Positions 24,108-36,618 of a stretch of DNA of 64,000 bases are shown here, one piece after another. How positions within the stretch are numbered: the first letter of the stretch is position 1; each line of letters opens with the position of its first letter. The notes under the pieces are model-generated. The model was given only the letters and a program-made list of their open reading frames with translations, made no database searches and had not been told where the DNA came from. The DNA is from Klebsormidium nitens. Lineage: Eukaryota > Plantae > Klebsormidiophyceae. Location: NCBI GenBank assembly GCA_000708835.1, contig DF237355.1, forward strand, positions 13,055 to 77,054, in the 5' to 3' direction. The translations under genes were made by a program, and so were the position numbers.

Positions 24108-27100
24108 ATGATGGCTAGCACTGCTGAGCCAGTGAAACCAGCGGGGGGTGCAACAATTGAAGCTTCTGCGCAGAAGATGGGTGCGTCAAGCGAGAAATCT
24201 GCAAAGAGATTTCAGAATTACATCCGAGGGGTGCACACGATTGTCGGGACGCAGGACTATTTGAGAAAGTCTGCAAAGTCGAGCTTGGTGCTCTTTGGCA
24301 GGGATCACGAAACCGCAGAAGCGACGAAGACCGTCTCATTCAAAGTGCAGCTCAGGGCAGAGGAACTCTACAACAAGTGAGCACGACTTGTGCCCTGCGT
24401 ATCAGTTAAAATCTTCTCCATTTGCAATGCACTTATGCTTTCTTGCACTGCTGGTCCACATAGGGCTGGGGCCTTCTCATTACTGCTCGGCACTTATGCC
24501 TCCCTGCAGCCAGTGATTAAGAGTGCAGAGAGGCAGTTCAAAGTCAAATTCTGAGCTTGATGTATCAAGACCCTTGAGCACCAGGGCTTTTCTACTGGCA
24601 GCTCCAACTTCTGACTTGGTCTCTGGTTTTCCAGCTCGTTTCAGCTGTCACTTGGTCTTTACCCCCAGCTCTGCTAGGACAAAAGGCAGGATCAAATCCC
24701 TGCTCAGGCCAATCAACATTGATCGAAGAACAACGAAACTCAGTCAAGTGACGAATCACTGAGCAGACATTTGCACCAGGACTGCATAAAGGGGATTTTC
24801 AGGTGCCTGCTGTGAAGGCCCTTCTTAAATATAAACCGAAGAAACAACGATTGAAACGACTGGCTGGTACAGGTATATGAAAAAGTGGATTCTGGCGCCG
24901 GATGGCCGATTTCGCAGGCGGTGGGATCTGCTGCAGATGCTTTGCATGTTGTACATAAGCATTGTGATCCCTTTCAGAGTGGTAAGCTTTCTAGTCACCT
25001 GGAGACACTCATGCTTCCACGGCGTTTTGGTTCCTTCTTCATGCATCTTCTTATGAGCAAGTTGTGGGCTGGCAAAACCATTTCCCATCTTATCAAAATC
25101 AAGTTGGCCTCTGATTGAGGAGAGTGGTAAAGATGTTCGCGCGGTGAACACGGAAATTAGCTAAGCTGATCAAAGTCTTGTAAGTCCTGCCATCTTCCCC
25201 GGATACATTGGACATATACAATGGTTTCATGATTACTTACGGGACTATCCTTCACGAACATAATGCTGTTTTCTTCTAAAAGGACTTGCCCTCAATGTTG
25301 AGAAGAGTCGAAAGATGCAGCAATTGCCAAGGCCAATCTACTCACGACCTGGAGTTCCCTCGACCCTACCTTTCTGTACACAACCGAACATGATCATTTT
25401 TGTGGATTATCCAATTATTCTTCTAGGCCTATGTCCTGAAGACTGTCTAGTCATGTGCCATCAGCTTCTGTGAGATTAACTCTGATTCTCGAAAACACTC
25501 AAAGCTCGAAATCTGTGCAGGGACTGGGTGCATCTGCCGAGGGGGGGTGGTACATCTTCGAGCTGACAATCGACGCTTACTTCTATCGTGAGGCAACACC
25601 CTGCTTGAATACTGTTTCTTTGTGCCAGTAAATCCACATGGAACTTCAGCTCGGACTTTTGACGCTTGCTCCGGCAACCCTGGGACTTGGTCCTGTATCG
25701 GTGGATTGAGCAAGACGCCTGCTTTCTTCCTATGCTGTTTGCTTGCTCGACTTATTTTCGCAAATAAATCTACTCCGCTGCTCTCGAACTGGAGGACCTA
25801 CGAAGAAATCGTCCGTATGGAAGAAGTGAGACTTCTCTGGTGGCCACCTTTATACATCAGTCGCCGAGCGTCATTTCACAAACGAATCCTCCTTGCAGTT
25901 GACCTGATCATCAACTTTTTAACCGGGCATCAGTACGCAGACGGGGCTCTCATTATGGTACCCAAGGACGTAGCCTTCCATTACCTGGTAATTTCCCGGC
26001 CCTTAACTCAGCATCTGCAAAATTCCCCTCACTTGAGTATCTGGTGCTCGTTGGAGCAGTAGGAAGTACGCTCGTTCAGTAAACAGGCAGGCTCCCTATT
26101 CGAAACGCTGAAATGCACAGCTGAAGCGCCGGTTGTCTGCAGCCGGAGTTTCTTTTCCACAGACTTCAACTGGAAAACATGTCGTGAGCATTTGAGCAGC
26201 TTTTCGTCCTTTTGAAGTTCGTTGGACGGGAGCAGGCGTGTGTATAACAGTTGGCCTTGAGACTTCGCCTGCGTTCTTGGAAAGGTTCTCTCACGGTTGT
26301 CAACCTGGATATAGCTGCCATACAGCTCTTAATCAAGTGCGGATGCAGCCCGGGAATATGAATTGGTCCATCGAAAGAAACATTCCTTTCCTTGACATTG
26401 GCTCAAGGAGTGATGAGTAGCCACACTTGCATGGGAAGCTGGTTGAGAATCCCGGTATCGACGTTTCCAAAAGGATGCCCGTGCAACTTGGTCGAGGGTA
26501 GACGATACTCAGACGGTATCAGTCGGTTTCCAACGGTATTTTTCATCAGTCCTTTAAAGAGGTGGACGCTTAAAGCTGAAGTTTGCAGCAAATGTTCACA
26601 CATGCCCCGTTTCCCTGCCTCCAAATCCTCTACCGTAGCAGCTGGTCTCTCTCGCAGCCGCCCCTTACTTTTGCCGCTCGTTAAGCCTGGCCTCGATTTG
26701 GTTCCAAAGGGACCTCGAATAAAGAGATGCCCAAGCTCGTGCTTCCTGTCGAGCCAAGAAGAACGGAATTGCGCTGGGCGCATCAGAGCCGTCATAAACG
26801 CCACCGTCTGTCAGCGTAGTAAAGCGGACTGCCGTGCGTTGAGTCCTTCGAAACGCCGCCGTCCCGTCCGCGCAATAAAGCCAAAAAGAAGAAGAAATGA
26901 AACCATTTTCTCTTCGTACAGAAAACCTGGTTCCCTTTGGACTTCGTCGCCTGCCTTCCCGTGGATCTCATACTGCGGGTCGTCCAGGGCACCTTCTACT
27001 GCTCGCTGTCCCGGACATGCCATCACAAAATCTCAAGTGAGACCGCTCCTTCTTTTACTGCCCTTTGTAATGTGGTCTGCATCCCAACTGCATCGAGTGC

Positions 27101-30100
27101 ATCGCTTCTCGCGCTATTCGTAACTCGGACATTAAAGGCGCTGGCTCCGTGTACGACATTAATGTTGAATGAATTTCCCATTCTTTGTTCTTTGATGTTC
27201 AGCCATTGTATTAGATATTGTAATACAATTTTCGAACGATTATAACCAACCATAGCACGAAGCAGATTCAATAAGCAGAGGATCGTCGGTGATTCGCGTA
27301 ATCTGTGTCCAGAACTGCCTCTCAACCGTGTCCTTGTAGTAATATCGAGCATAAATAGCTCCCACGTCAGAAAACATCGCGTGCTGCTTTTCGTAGCCAT
27401 CTGGCAATGCCGGTGTCACTGCGATCGTGACCCTCAGTCAGTAACGAAACCACCGAGTCTTACAAGCTCTGCCAAATGTAACAAGTTGCCCTGCTAGATG
27501 ACATCTTTGAAGGAACACGGTGTATTGATTCGCTGCCAATGTTGGTGAAAAGCTGACTCTGTTTCAGGCATCTTGCTCAGAAGACGCTTCGTAACAAAAG
27601 AAGGCAAGTCTTTGACACTGCTCGCTGTAACTCACAGCCTTTTAGTCATGACGATCATCGGTGTGACGTTCTGCTGACGTACATTCTCGCGTGTTTGCAG
27701 CGGCGGGGATGCTGTTCCGTCTCTTGAAGATTCTGCGTCTCTTCAAGCTGATCAAGCTGGTCAGGTACGCCCGCCGTCATCGAATCACTTCAACCAGCCG
27801 CCCAACTTCTTTTCGTCAGCTGCACCTCCTGTCAACGCTCTCTCTTTCATGGCACCTTCCTTGTCCCGTACTATCATTCTTCTGGCACTCAGTATGCCTT
27901 GGAAATGTAACACTGAAATTTGAATGTTTGTCTTGTTTGCGCAAATAAATTTCTCCCTGTGGCTACTCATATTTTAAGCCTTTGCCACTCATTCGTCGCT
28001 TCGTGGCCTCGTCATGCGCTCAGCAATCCTCGGCCGTAGGTTCAACGTTACCACACCTTCGAGCTCGGTCATTTATCAACTCAACTACTCAACTCGATCA
28101 CGTCATTCGCATTTCGTGTATCGGGGCAACCCTCCGTCGTGATCTTCAGAATCTTAGAACGCTCCCCCTCGTGCACAACTCCAAAATCCCAAGTACTCGT
28201 CGCTTTACAGCTGCCTCACCCCTAAACCATGCACCCCAAGCACGCCAAATCCCTAATATCCTCAATTTCAAGCGACTGAAATTTTTCCCTTTCGCCTTTC
28301 AGATTGTTCAGCATCCGTCGGCTGCTGGACCGATACCACCACGACCTGTTCCTAGTTCTTCCCTTCCTGTCCGTCGCCCAAATGTTCATCGTCATCCTGT
28401 TTCTGGGCCACCTCTACGCCTGCTTCTTCTACTACTTCTCCACCTCGGTGAGTATCGCTTTCCCAGAGTTGCTGCTTATTGCGCTGGCAAAAACGGTCTG
28501 CGAAGACTTTGTTTGATGCGACATGCTCAACGCTGTAGAAGCTATATAGCTACCAATCAACTTGTTTCCTACATTGCCGTGAAAGCAGCCGCCCTGTTTG
28601 CTTCAACCAGGAATGGACCACTTCCGCGGAAAAGCGAACTGCAGGATTCGGCGATTTCGATCTTTCAAAGTATTGCCTTACGCTTTGCTTTACGTCGACG
28701 GTGACGGAGCTCCTCCCGAACTGACTCGCAGAGCGACCTCGAGAGTGCACAGCGAGCTTACATAGAATTCGAAAGAGTGCACTCGCCCTCGGTGTACCAT
28801 TCTTCGATCTCAGCAGACTATCATCGACTATCAGGCCTGCTGAAGTGAAAAATTAGTAAAGCAAAAGCGAGAAAAAGCGGCAATGTCCTCCTCAACGCTC
28901 AGGTCGGCCGAATAGGCCTACGGCGATCATGTTGCGTCATTGTCTTGAAACTAAGAAGCAGTACGAGACAAGAGCGCTTTCTGGTGCTGCAGGATTGGCG
29001 GACCCCCGCCGAGAAGCGAGGGCTGGCGGAGACGCTCAGCTCAGGGACGTCAACCGACAGCCGCCGACTGCCGTGGATCATCTCCGAGTTTGGCGGGTAG
29101 GCAAACGCACTTTTGGTCAGCTCCCAAAGCCTCTTTGAAGAAGGCGCGGAACGTGCTCTTCCTCGGTGTCCTTTAGCATCGTGGATTGGCTTTCAGATTC
29201 CTGAGTGTCCGCATGGTGACGCCGTCGGCGTTCAGGAGTGACGTCCGTCGAATGACGGCGATCGCTTCGGTGAGCGAGCGCACCGTCGTGATCGAATCGG
29301 TCGGTGGTCTAACGGCAATATAAAAAAGGCGTGGGACTCGCACGTGCTTTGGAGCTCCCAGGTTCCGAAAGCATCGTGGAGAGGTCTTTGAATCCCAGAT
29401 TGTCAAGATTGTGAAGCCCTCGGCGTTCAGGAGTGACGTCCGTCGAATGAAGGTGCTCACTTGGGACGGGCTAGCAGCGAGAGGACTCTAGGCATCAGTC
29501 CTGCGGGCTCATAAGACTTTTATGGACTTCAGGTTCATGAAAAGATGAATGCATGAGTCGAGGCTGTCTATGAACGCTGCTAGAGAGCCCAAGTTTTGTA
29601 AGAAGTACTCTTTCATCTGCCTTCATGTCCCTCTTGCGGTTCAAATCAAATTTATATGCTCGTCAGGGTAATGGTACGCCCCGATGAGTAAACCCGGCCT
29701 CTGCGTACTTTCGCGCGCTCTATTGGCCGCTTGCTCCGCTTTGAACGGTGCGCTTCGGTGAAGCTTCACAAGAAAAGCTTCTTGCGGAATGTATCCAAGG
29801 TCCCCTTGCAAACTTCAAAGGAATAAGACTATTCATTTCCAAAGGATTATGGTCCCCCCGACAGCATGGGTCGGGCCTCCCGTTACATCGGCGCGCTCTA
29901 CTGGTGGGTGGATCGGCTGAGTACTGGGCTACAAAGCCTTGTTTGAACCACCAAGGTCACACTGCAGACGCACAAATTCATTCCAGAACACAAAACACTT
30001 TTTCCTCCGGGAGTACGGCACGCCCGGGAGCATGGGCCTGGCGTCCCGGTACATCGGCGCGCTCTACTGGGCGTTCGTCACGCTCTGCACGCTGGGCTTC

Positions 30101-33100
30101 GCAAGGAAAAGCCTTTCACTTGAACTAACATCAAAACGCAGGTCTCTGTTAGCAACTGATCACGAGAATTTCCTTGACCTCCTTCCAGGGAATATGGCAC
30201 CCCCGGGAGCATGGGCCTTGCCTCGGCGCGCTCTACTGGGCGTTCGCCACGCTCCATACGGCGGGCTACAAAAACTCTCACACAAAACCGTATTCCACAA
30301 AGTTAACAGGAGAAGTTGAAAATTTCACTGGCAAGCCCAGGAACTTATCTCCACTTTCCCCCAGGGAGTATGGCACGCCCGGGAGCATGGGCCTGGCATC
30401 CTGGTACATCGGCGCGCTCTATTGGGCGTTCGCCACGCTCTGCACGGTGCGCTTTGGGGAATTTCCCAGGAAAATCTTCTTTGCAATACAGCTCAAAGGT
30501 CCACCGGCAGATTTTGAAGACGGTCTCTTCTTCTTTTCAGGGAGTATGGCACGCCCGGAAGCATGGGCCTCGCCTCCCGGTACATCGGCGCGCTCTACTG
30601 GGTCGCCACGCTCTGCACAGTCGGCTACAGAGACTCTGACACAAAATCCTACTCTACAATACTATCAAAAAATGTCAGATTTCCACTGGCAAGCCCATGA
30701 ACATATCTTCACTTTCCCCAGGGAGTATGGCACGCCCGGGAGCATGGGCCTTGCCTCCCGGTACATCGGCGCGCTCTACTGGGCATTCGCCACGCTGTGC
30801 ACGGTCGGCTACGGTGACATCAGCGCGAAAACGGAGGGCGAGCGCGTCTTCGCGATCGTGTCCATGATCACCGGCGGGTTTGTTTTCAGTGGGGTCATCG
30901 CCAAGATCGGGTCGCTCGTGGCGAAAGTAGACGCGGCAAAAACTGCGCACAACGACAAGATGGATGCGGTGAGCCGCCGGCGCGGGTGTGGGCTTTTCGA
31001 GTTGGACGTTTCTCTCGCATTTATGGGTTTCATTTCATTGCATTTCATTTGAATGACTCATACAGATAAGTTGGAAAGATGTAGTTGTTGAACTGATGTG
31101 CAAAGATCTACCCATCTCTGATTCGCAAGTATCGAAAACGTTTCGCAAGCTGTACAGACAGGTGCCCTCAGTAACGTTCAGTGGAGCCAGCCCCACCGTA
31201 CTGCCAGAAAGAAGGCTGGTGGCGGCGTTCATGCGCAAGCACAGAAGGCAGCGCGAGCTGCGCAGCCAGGTGCTCGTTCTCTGGTTGCGGCAAACCCTTC
31301 TGAAAATCGTTATCTTCTGGCCCCTCTTACTCCCACCCAACTCCGGAAGAAAATCAATGTTAACCCTGCTTAACCCATCTTTCATGCGCAGGTAACCGCG
31401 TTTATACGCGAGCACAAAATGCCGCGTGACCTGCGCAGCCAGGTGCTGATCTTCTTCACGAAGCAGCAGGTGCGCGCGTACAACGTGCGGACGATCCTGT
31501 CGCAGATGCCGTACGACCTGCGGTCGTCCATTCTGCTCTACCTGTACAGAGATATCATCAAAAAGGTGAGCTGACGTCACGGGTTGGTCGAACTAGGAAT
31601 TGTCGTGGGGTAGTTCTGTCAAGATCACAAAGTTCCAAAGTTTACAAGAAACTATGAGTACTATTTTCAATTGTCGGAATGACAAAACGACCCTATGGGA
31701 CCTTAGCTTAGGGTGGAAGGTACAAAAACTGAGTCGAAAGACGGGGAAAGGGTTGAGCTTGGTTTGAACCACTGTCAAAGATGGCTTTCTAAAATAGCGT
31801 CTGAGGAAGGCTCAGACAGCACATCTGGCAGATCCGGTCACATGATCACCAGTGGGATGCTTTGATGTATATGAGTCACTTTGATTATGATCCTTGATCT
31901 TTTCACAAAGGTTTCAATTGCACAATCTAGTTTCACCACAGCCTTTTCAAACTGCTTCTAAAGTGTCGGGTGTCGAACATAAGCAGCGAACAAACTTTCC
32001 CCGCTTTTCCAGGTTCCCTTCTTCGACGGCACGGACGACATCTTTATCACAGACGTGTGCCTCCGCCTGAAACCAGCAACCTATGCGGCGGGCACGTATA
32101 TCTACACTACCGGCGAGATCGGGCGGGACCTGTTGGTTGTCGTTAAGGGAGAGGTGAGCTACACTGGACAGGGTTAAGCCCCTTACGTCGCAAGATTACT
32201 TGGCCTCTCAATTTCGTTCTTGACAATCCGAGCTTATTTGAAGCCTTTTAAGCGGCAAGACCTGGTCCGCTTATACCAATCGCTAACGATCTTGAGAGAC
32301 AGAAAGTTGTCCAGAGCAGAGTTCTTTGAAGTTCTTGGAAGCTGGAGGTGCTGGACAGGTAACGCGCGCACTCTGCGAGTTGGTGCGCGCATGGTACCGT
32401 TGGCTCCCCCAATGTCGAGCTCGTACCAAGCTCAAATTGTAGAACCCCTTTCTCTAAAAAATCCCTCGCCGGTTGGATCTGCTGGGCCCGCTGAAGCGGG
32501 GGACATGCGCACTGTGCGGATCCCGCCGATCGCCCTCCAATGTGTTGAATAACATGGACTCCGAAAGGCCAAGGACTCACAATGAGCGCGCATATCTGCT
32601 CCGCAGGTGAAGATGCTGGTTTGGCCGAAGCAAGTGCCGCGCGCGCTGTGCGCGTGTCGCTGCTCGCCCATACGATTCTGAGCTCATCAACAACCCAACT
32701 AACCGGAATTTTGAAAACCGCGGGGAGCAAAAAGGTGGAGGTGCTGGGTCCCCAGAAGCAGGAAACGCGCGCTGTGCCCGTGTCGCAGGGTCGCCACAAC
32801 GGATACGCCTCAGTCATAAACCAAAAACTTGAGGTCAAATGTAAACCCCGTTATCGAAATTCGCGTGTTTCTTTCCGCAGGTGGAGGTGCTGGGCCCCCA
32901 GAAGCAGGTGACCCGCGTGTTATACGAGGGCAGCTACTTCGGCGAGGGGTGCATCCTGGGGGACGTCCGCAGAATGGAGAGCGTCCGAGCGCGGACGCCC
33001 TGCAGCCTCTGCGTACTCGAGGTGCGCAGACTGCTCAGCTTCTGTCTTGCTTACAACATTGTTGTTCTGAGTCCAGTATCGTTTCCTCTTCTTTCTTCTT

Positions 33101-35239
33101 CTTTGCTTCTTTCTTTTCTTGCGAGGTTCGAAGGAAGTTAAGGAGTGCGTCCGAGCGCGGACGCAGAGCCGAGGTACGCAAACTTGAGCTCCTGTTTGAT
33201 AAAACAAGCATGCTCTAAGTCGAGTATCGCATTAAAAGGCTTCTTTTTTCTCGTTCTCTTTTCCTTTTTTCGTGCTAGGTTTGGGAACCAGAGAGCCTTT
33301 GAGCGGGGAGTGCCTTGCAGCCTCTGCGTCCTTGACTGCAACGCTCTTTTCCTCTACTTTGAAGATTGAACATATCTTTCTGGGTTCGTGGATTGGCGAG
33401 CGTTCGATCACGTGACGGCCTCTAAGTCTTGCGGCCTGTGACAAGCGGGCAACTGCGACCTACCTCATATCGGTTGCTTCGTTAGGACCGTTTCGGCAAC
33501 ACATCAAGCTGAGTTTGTCTTCGTGAAAGCAGATTAGCCGCCTGGATGCCAGTAATCAATGTTGCTCGGTGTGAACAGGCCTTGTGTTGAAGCGAACACG
33601 CAATAGCTTCGTTTGAGCCTACGCGTAGCCTATCCAGACTGGCAACAATCTCACCACGAGTGCGAGAAACGACGACATGCACGTGACGCTCTCCTTTCCA
33701 CCTATCCTCAGTACCCATAGAGTTGCGGAGCTTCCTCCTTAAGCCCTCTCGCTTACGTCCTTTTCCTACAGCCGGACGGTCTCTCAAGAGTCGATCATTT
33801 CTATACAAACAACATCCGATCTAGGTTGTGTGCGAGAGCGCTAAATTCTAGAGAGTGCGTGATCCGTGCCCTTTACTACCTCTTCATATTCAGGTATTTT
33901 GTACCCGATTGACCTACCTGCATCTTGCGGGCCTCCTTTCGGAACCTGATCCTTAACCCAACCGCCTGTGAGCGGCCGCCTTTCTTTCCGCCCTTCCCGC
34001 CCTTCGTTTTTAACCACCTCCTCAACCACTTCCCTAACCATCTCCTTAACCCTCCTTCCTCAGGCGGACGATCTCGAGGAGCTGCTCATAAACTACCCCG
34101 AAATGGACCAAATGCTACGGCGCGTTTACAGCCGGCGAAAGCAGCACTTCAAGTCTGCTGCCACCTCCTTCTCCTCGGTGCCTTCCCCCGGTCCTCGTCG
34201 GCGACATTCAACGGACCCCAACGGAACCGTCCCTCGGGCAGCGGAACCGGCCGACGCACTGCACCTCCTGGCCGGGGGGCTCAAACCCGCGGCAAATCCC
34301 CCCCCTGGCATGGACTTGAGGGCGATCGCGCGACTGTCCCGGTCCGCGACGAACGGCCCCGGTGCGTCGGAGTGGTCCGGACCGGAGACATCTTTGGGGA
34401 AGGAAGAGGCGACGCTTCTCAGCGAATCACTAGGCTTCGGGTCGCCGCCTCAAACGCAGGAGAGCCCGGGGAGCGAGGCGGAAAGCAAGGGGTGGAAGCC
34501 CATGGCCCGGTTGTTCAAAAACCAGGTGGTTCCGGAGGAATTAACCAAGGAGTTAAAGAAAGAGCTAACAAGAAAGGCCACGAATCTGAGAGCAGATCCG
34601 GCGCTCGGGGGAGCGTCTACCGACGCGCCAGAAAAGACGCGCGGCGGCGGAAACGAACCGGAAGAGGGCAGAACCAGAGTCGCAAGCAGTATGGACGGGG
34701 TGACGACCAGCGGAACGGGAAGGATAGGATCAGTAACGGAACCGGAGTCTAGCGGAAACGGTGGTGGGAGTCCCACCGGTCATCGCCGAAGGTTGAGTGC
34801 GCAGGCGGGGGGCCAAGAGAAGTGGGCTAATGGGGGAAATCTAAAACTGGTCGTGAACGGGGATTCTGACACCGGGGATACAGGGGGAGCGGAAAACTTG
34901 GATGCAGGACATTCCGACAGGCGTTCGCCTAAATCGCAAGAGCTCCCCGGAATAATGAGCTTCCGCCGGCGGAGCTCCACGCAGGCGTCCCTTCTGGGTG
35001 TCCAGGAACCGTCGACAGGGGAAGCCGCAGAGAGCGGAACGAGTTCCGGGCTCAGCGGGCTCCGGGCGGAACTGCGGAACCTGCGGCACGAGGTGAAGGT
35101 GCTGAGGACGGAACACCGGCAGGATGCGGCGCTCGTTCAGGAGCAGTATAAGGCAATAATGAGCCTCCTTTTGAAGGTGTCCCGCCAGACGGTATCGGGG
35201 CAAGGCTCCGATAACGACTTCTTTGTGCATCATGCCTAA
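24108..35239 (+). CDS. Voltage-gated cyclic-nucleotide-binding-domain K+ channel (Shaker/KCNH-like, no ankyrin repeats); exons 24108-24376, 24873-24981, 25521-25587, 25899-25987, 26922-27036, 27701-27764, 28303-28447, 28993-29096, 30722-30968, 31392-31565, 32013-32153, 32881-33021, 34064-35239
   Basis: S1 (RRRWDLLQMLCMLYISIVIPFRV), S2, S3 (WFPLDFVACLP), S4 (FRLLKILRLFKLIKLVR), pore YIGALYWAFATLCTVGYGDISA, C-linker and CNBD (VPFF...YFGEGCILGDVRRMESVRA). All splice phases are consistent. Confidence 0.93.
29175..29460. repeat. Two-copy intronic direct repeat (~85 bp)
   Basis: agcatcgtgga...cggcgttcaggagtgacgtccgtcgaatga occurs at about 29176-29256 and 29370-29451. Confidence 0.7.
29667..30721 (+). 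repeat. Six degenerate tandem copies of the acceptor and first ~100 nt of the pore exon
   Basis: Copies start at 29667, 29845, 30010, 30189, 30365 and 30541; the real exon starts at 30722. Spacing is 165-181 bp. Confidence 0.9.
31215..31290 (+). repeat. Degenerate copy of the C-linker exon start
   Basis: Translates LVAAFMRKHRRQRELRSQVLV, versus the real VTAFIREHKMPRDLRSQVLI at 31392. Confidence 0.7.
32340..33345 (+). repeat. Echo copies flanking CNBD exon 32881-33021 (about four upstream, two downstream)
   Basis: g(g/a)aggtgctggg..cagaagcag variants occur at about 32345, 32480, 32607 and 32735. gcgtccgagcgcggacgc occurs at 33147 and tgcagcctctgcgt at 33316. Confidence 0.75.
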
Positions 35240-36618
35240 CTATAGGCCAGTCCGTTCTTCTGTGACGGTAGTTTTGCATTCGATCAGTCTGACGCGGTAC
35301 CTAGTAAGCCCACCGCCAGCATCGATGGCGGCGCTCTGTTTATTAGGACTCGGGAGCGCCTGAGGAGCGGAATAATTTTTCCTAGTCATGAACAGAAACG
35401 AAGTCGACGCAGACTGCCCTTGACCCCAAGTACTTCCAACCCCGCAGAAGAGCAAGCGCTGTGGATAGCAGTGTCTAGCTGTAGCGGTGAAATCTGGGTG
35501 CCCATATTCCCCATATTGCCAACATTCCTGCAAAAGCTAGAGCAAAGTCCTCCAGAAGCGCTGATCTCAACTCGCCCCTCGAGGATCTCATCTCGCCCCG
35601 CGAAGACTCACTTTGGGTCGTTGGCCCCCTCTAGCTAGCTCTTGAGAATATTGCATGCAATGAGGCAACGCGTTCACGGCCGGTCGGATCGAGCTCCAAG
35701 TCAGTCCTGCTGAAGATCTCAATTTATAGTTAGTGATTGATCTGCGGTTTTGGTGACTAATTCTATAGCCCTAGCTCAGATCGATGAGTCGCGTTGAAAA
35801 CACAATTCGTCAATTACCCAAGCATGTCGAAACCAATGTCGGATCGAGGGGGCTTGCCCCGCCTGCTTCGGTCATAGCTAAGCGCAGCGGCCGATCTCCT
35901 AGCAATTCCGTGTAGTCACTGCCGAAGCAGTCAATCGAGTAAGCCCACATACATGAGTTGATGTGGTTCGTGCGATATCCTTGCAACATATGGGTTCTAA
36001 TGGGGCGGCACTTGTTTGCCCATGCAACACTGCAGCAGTGACGGGACGAACTTGATGTCACATGGCCAGCTGTAGGTGAACAGCTACTTTGTACTCACAA
36101 CTTATACATGCTGAATGCAAGCTCGCCACCGTACTCATATGTCAGCAAGCACGGAGTGATGTCATGCTGACGCCACTCTGGGGGATTGAAAGTATAAGCA
36201 GGCAGTCTCCTGGAGCCATACGCAAAACGACAGATTTAGTTCATCTCAAAGACTCTGCAACATCCTCCAGGGACATCTCCTCAAAGCAGTGTACCCTTAT
36301 TTAGCTGATCATGACAGGCATTCTGAGGAGGTCAGGATGCGTTGGCAGGTTCTCTTGAGCATCCCTAAATGTACGGAACGAAGACTTCAACAATTTCAAA
36401 ACCCATAATTTCCAAAATGGACAACGCCACCCACTTCCTTACGCGCGATGAGCAAACGATTGAAGAGACGCTCCCGCTCCCGCTTGCACCGATTCAATCC
36501 GAGCACTGGACTCCGTCTTCCGGACCCTATCCGTGCTGACGTCACGAGGTGACGTGTTTTGACGCCTTGCACGCATCAGGGGTTGAGTTTCCTCGCTCCA
36601 CGTCACACGCCCGGCGCT

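Noticed and set aside
26403-26804. Antisense intronic ORF (133 aa) containing HELGH
   Set aside because: It has an isolated HExxH with no other metalloprotease context or splice support, so it is probably chance.
29667-30721. Mutually exclusive alternative pore exons
   Set aside because: The copies lack an intact filter and a phase-compatible donor. The gtgcgc after the 30365 copy is phase 0 and would drop GYGD.
33925-35279. Alternative-frame and antisense ORFs
   Set aside because: They are shadows of the channel's terminal exon.
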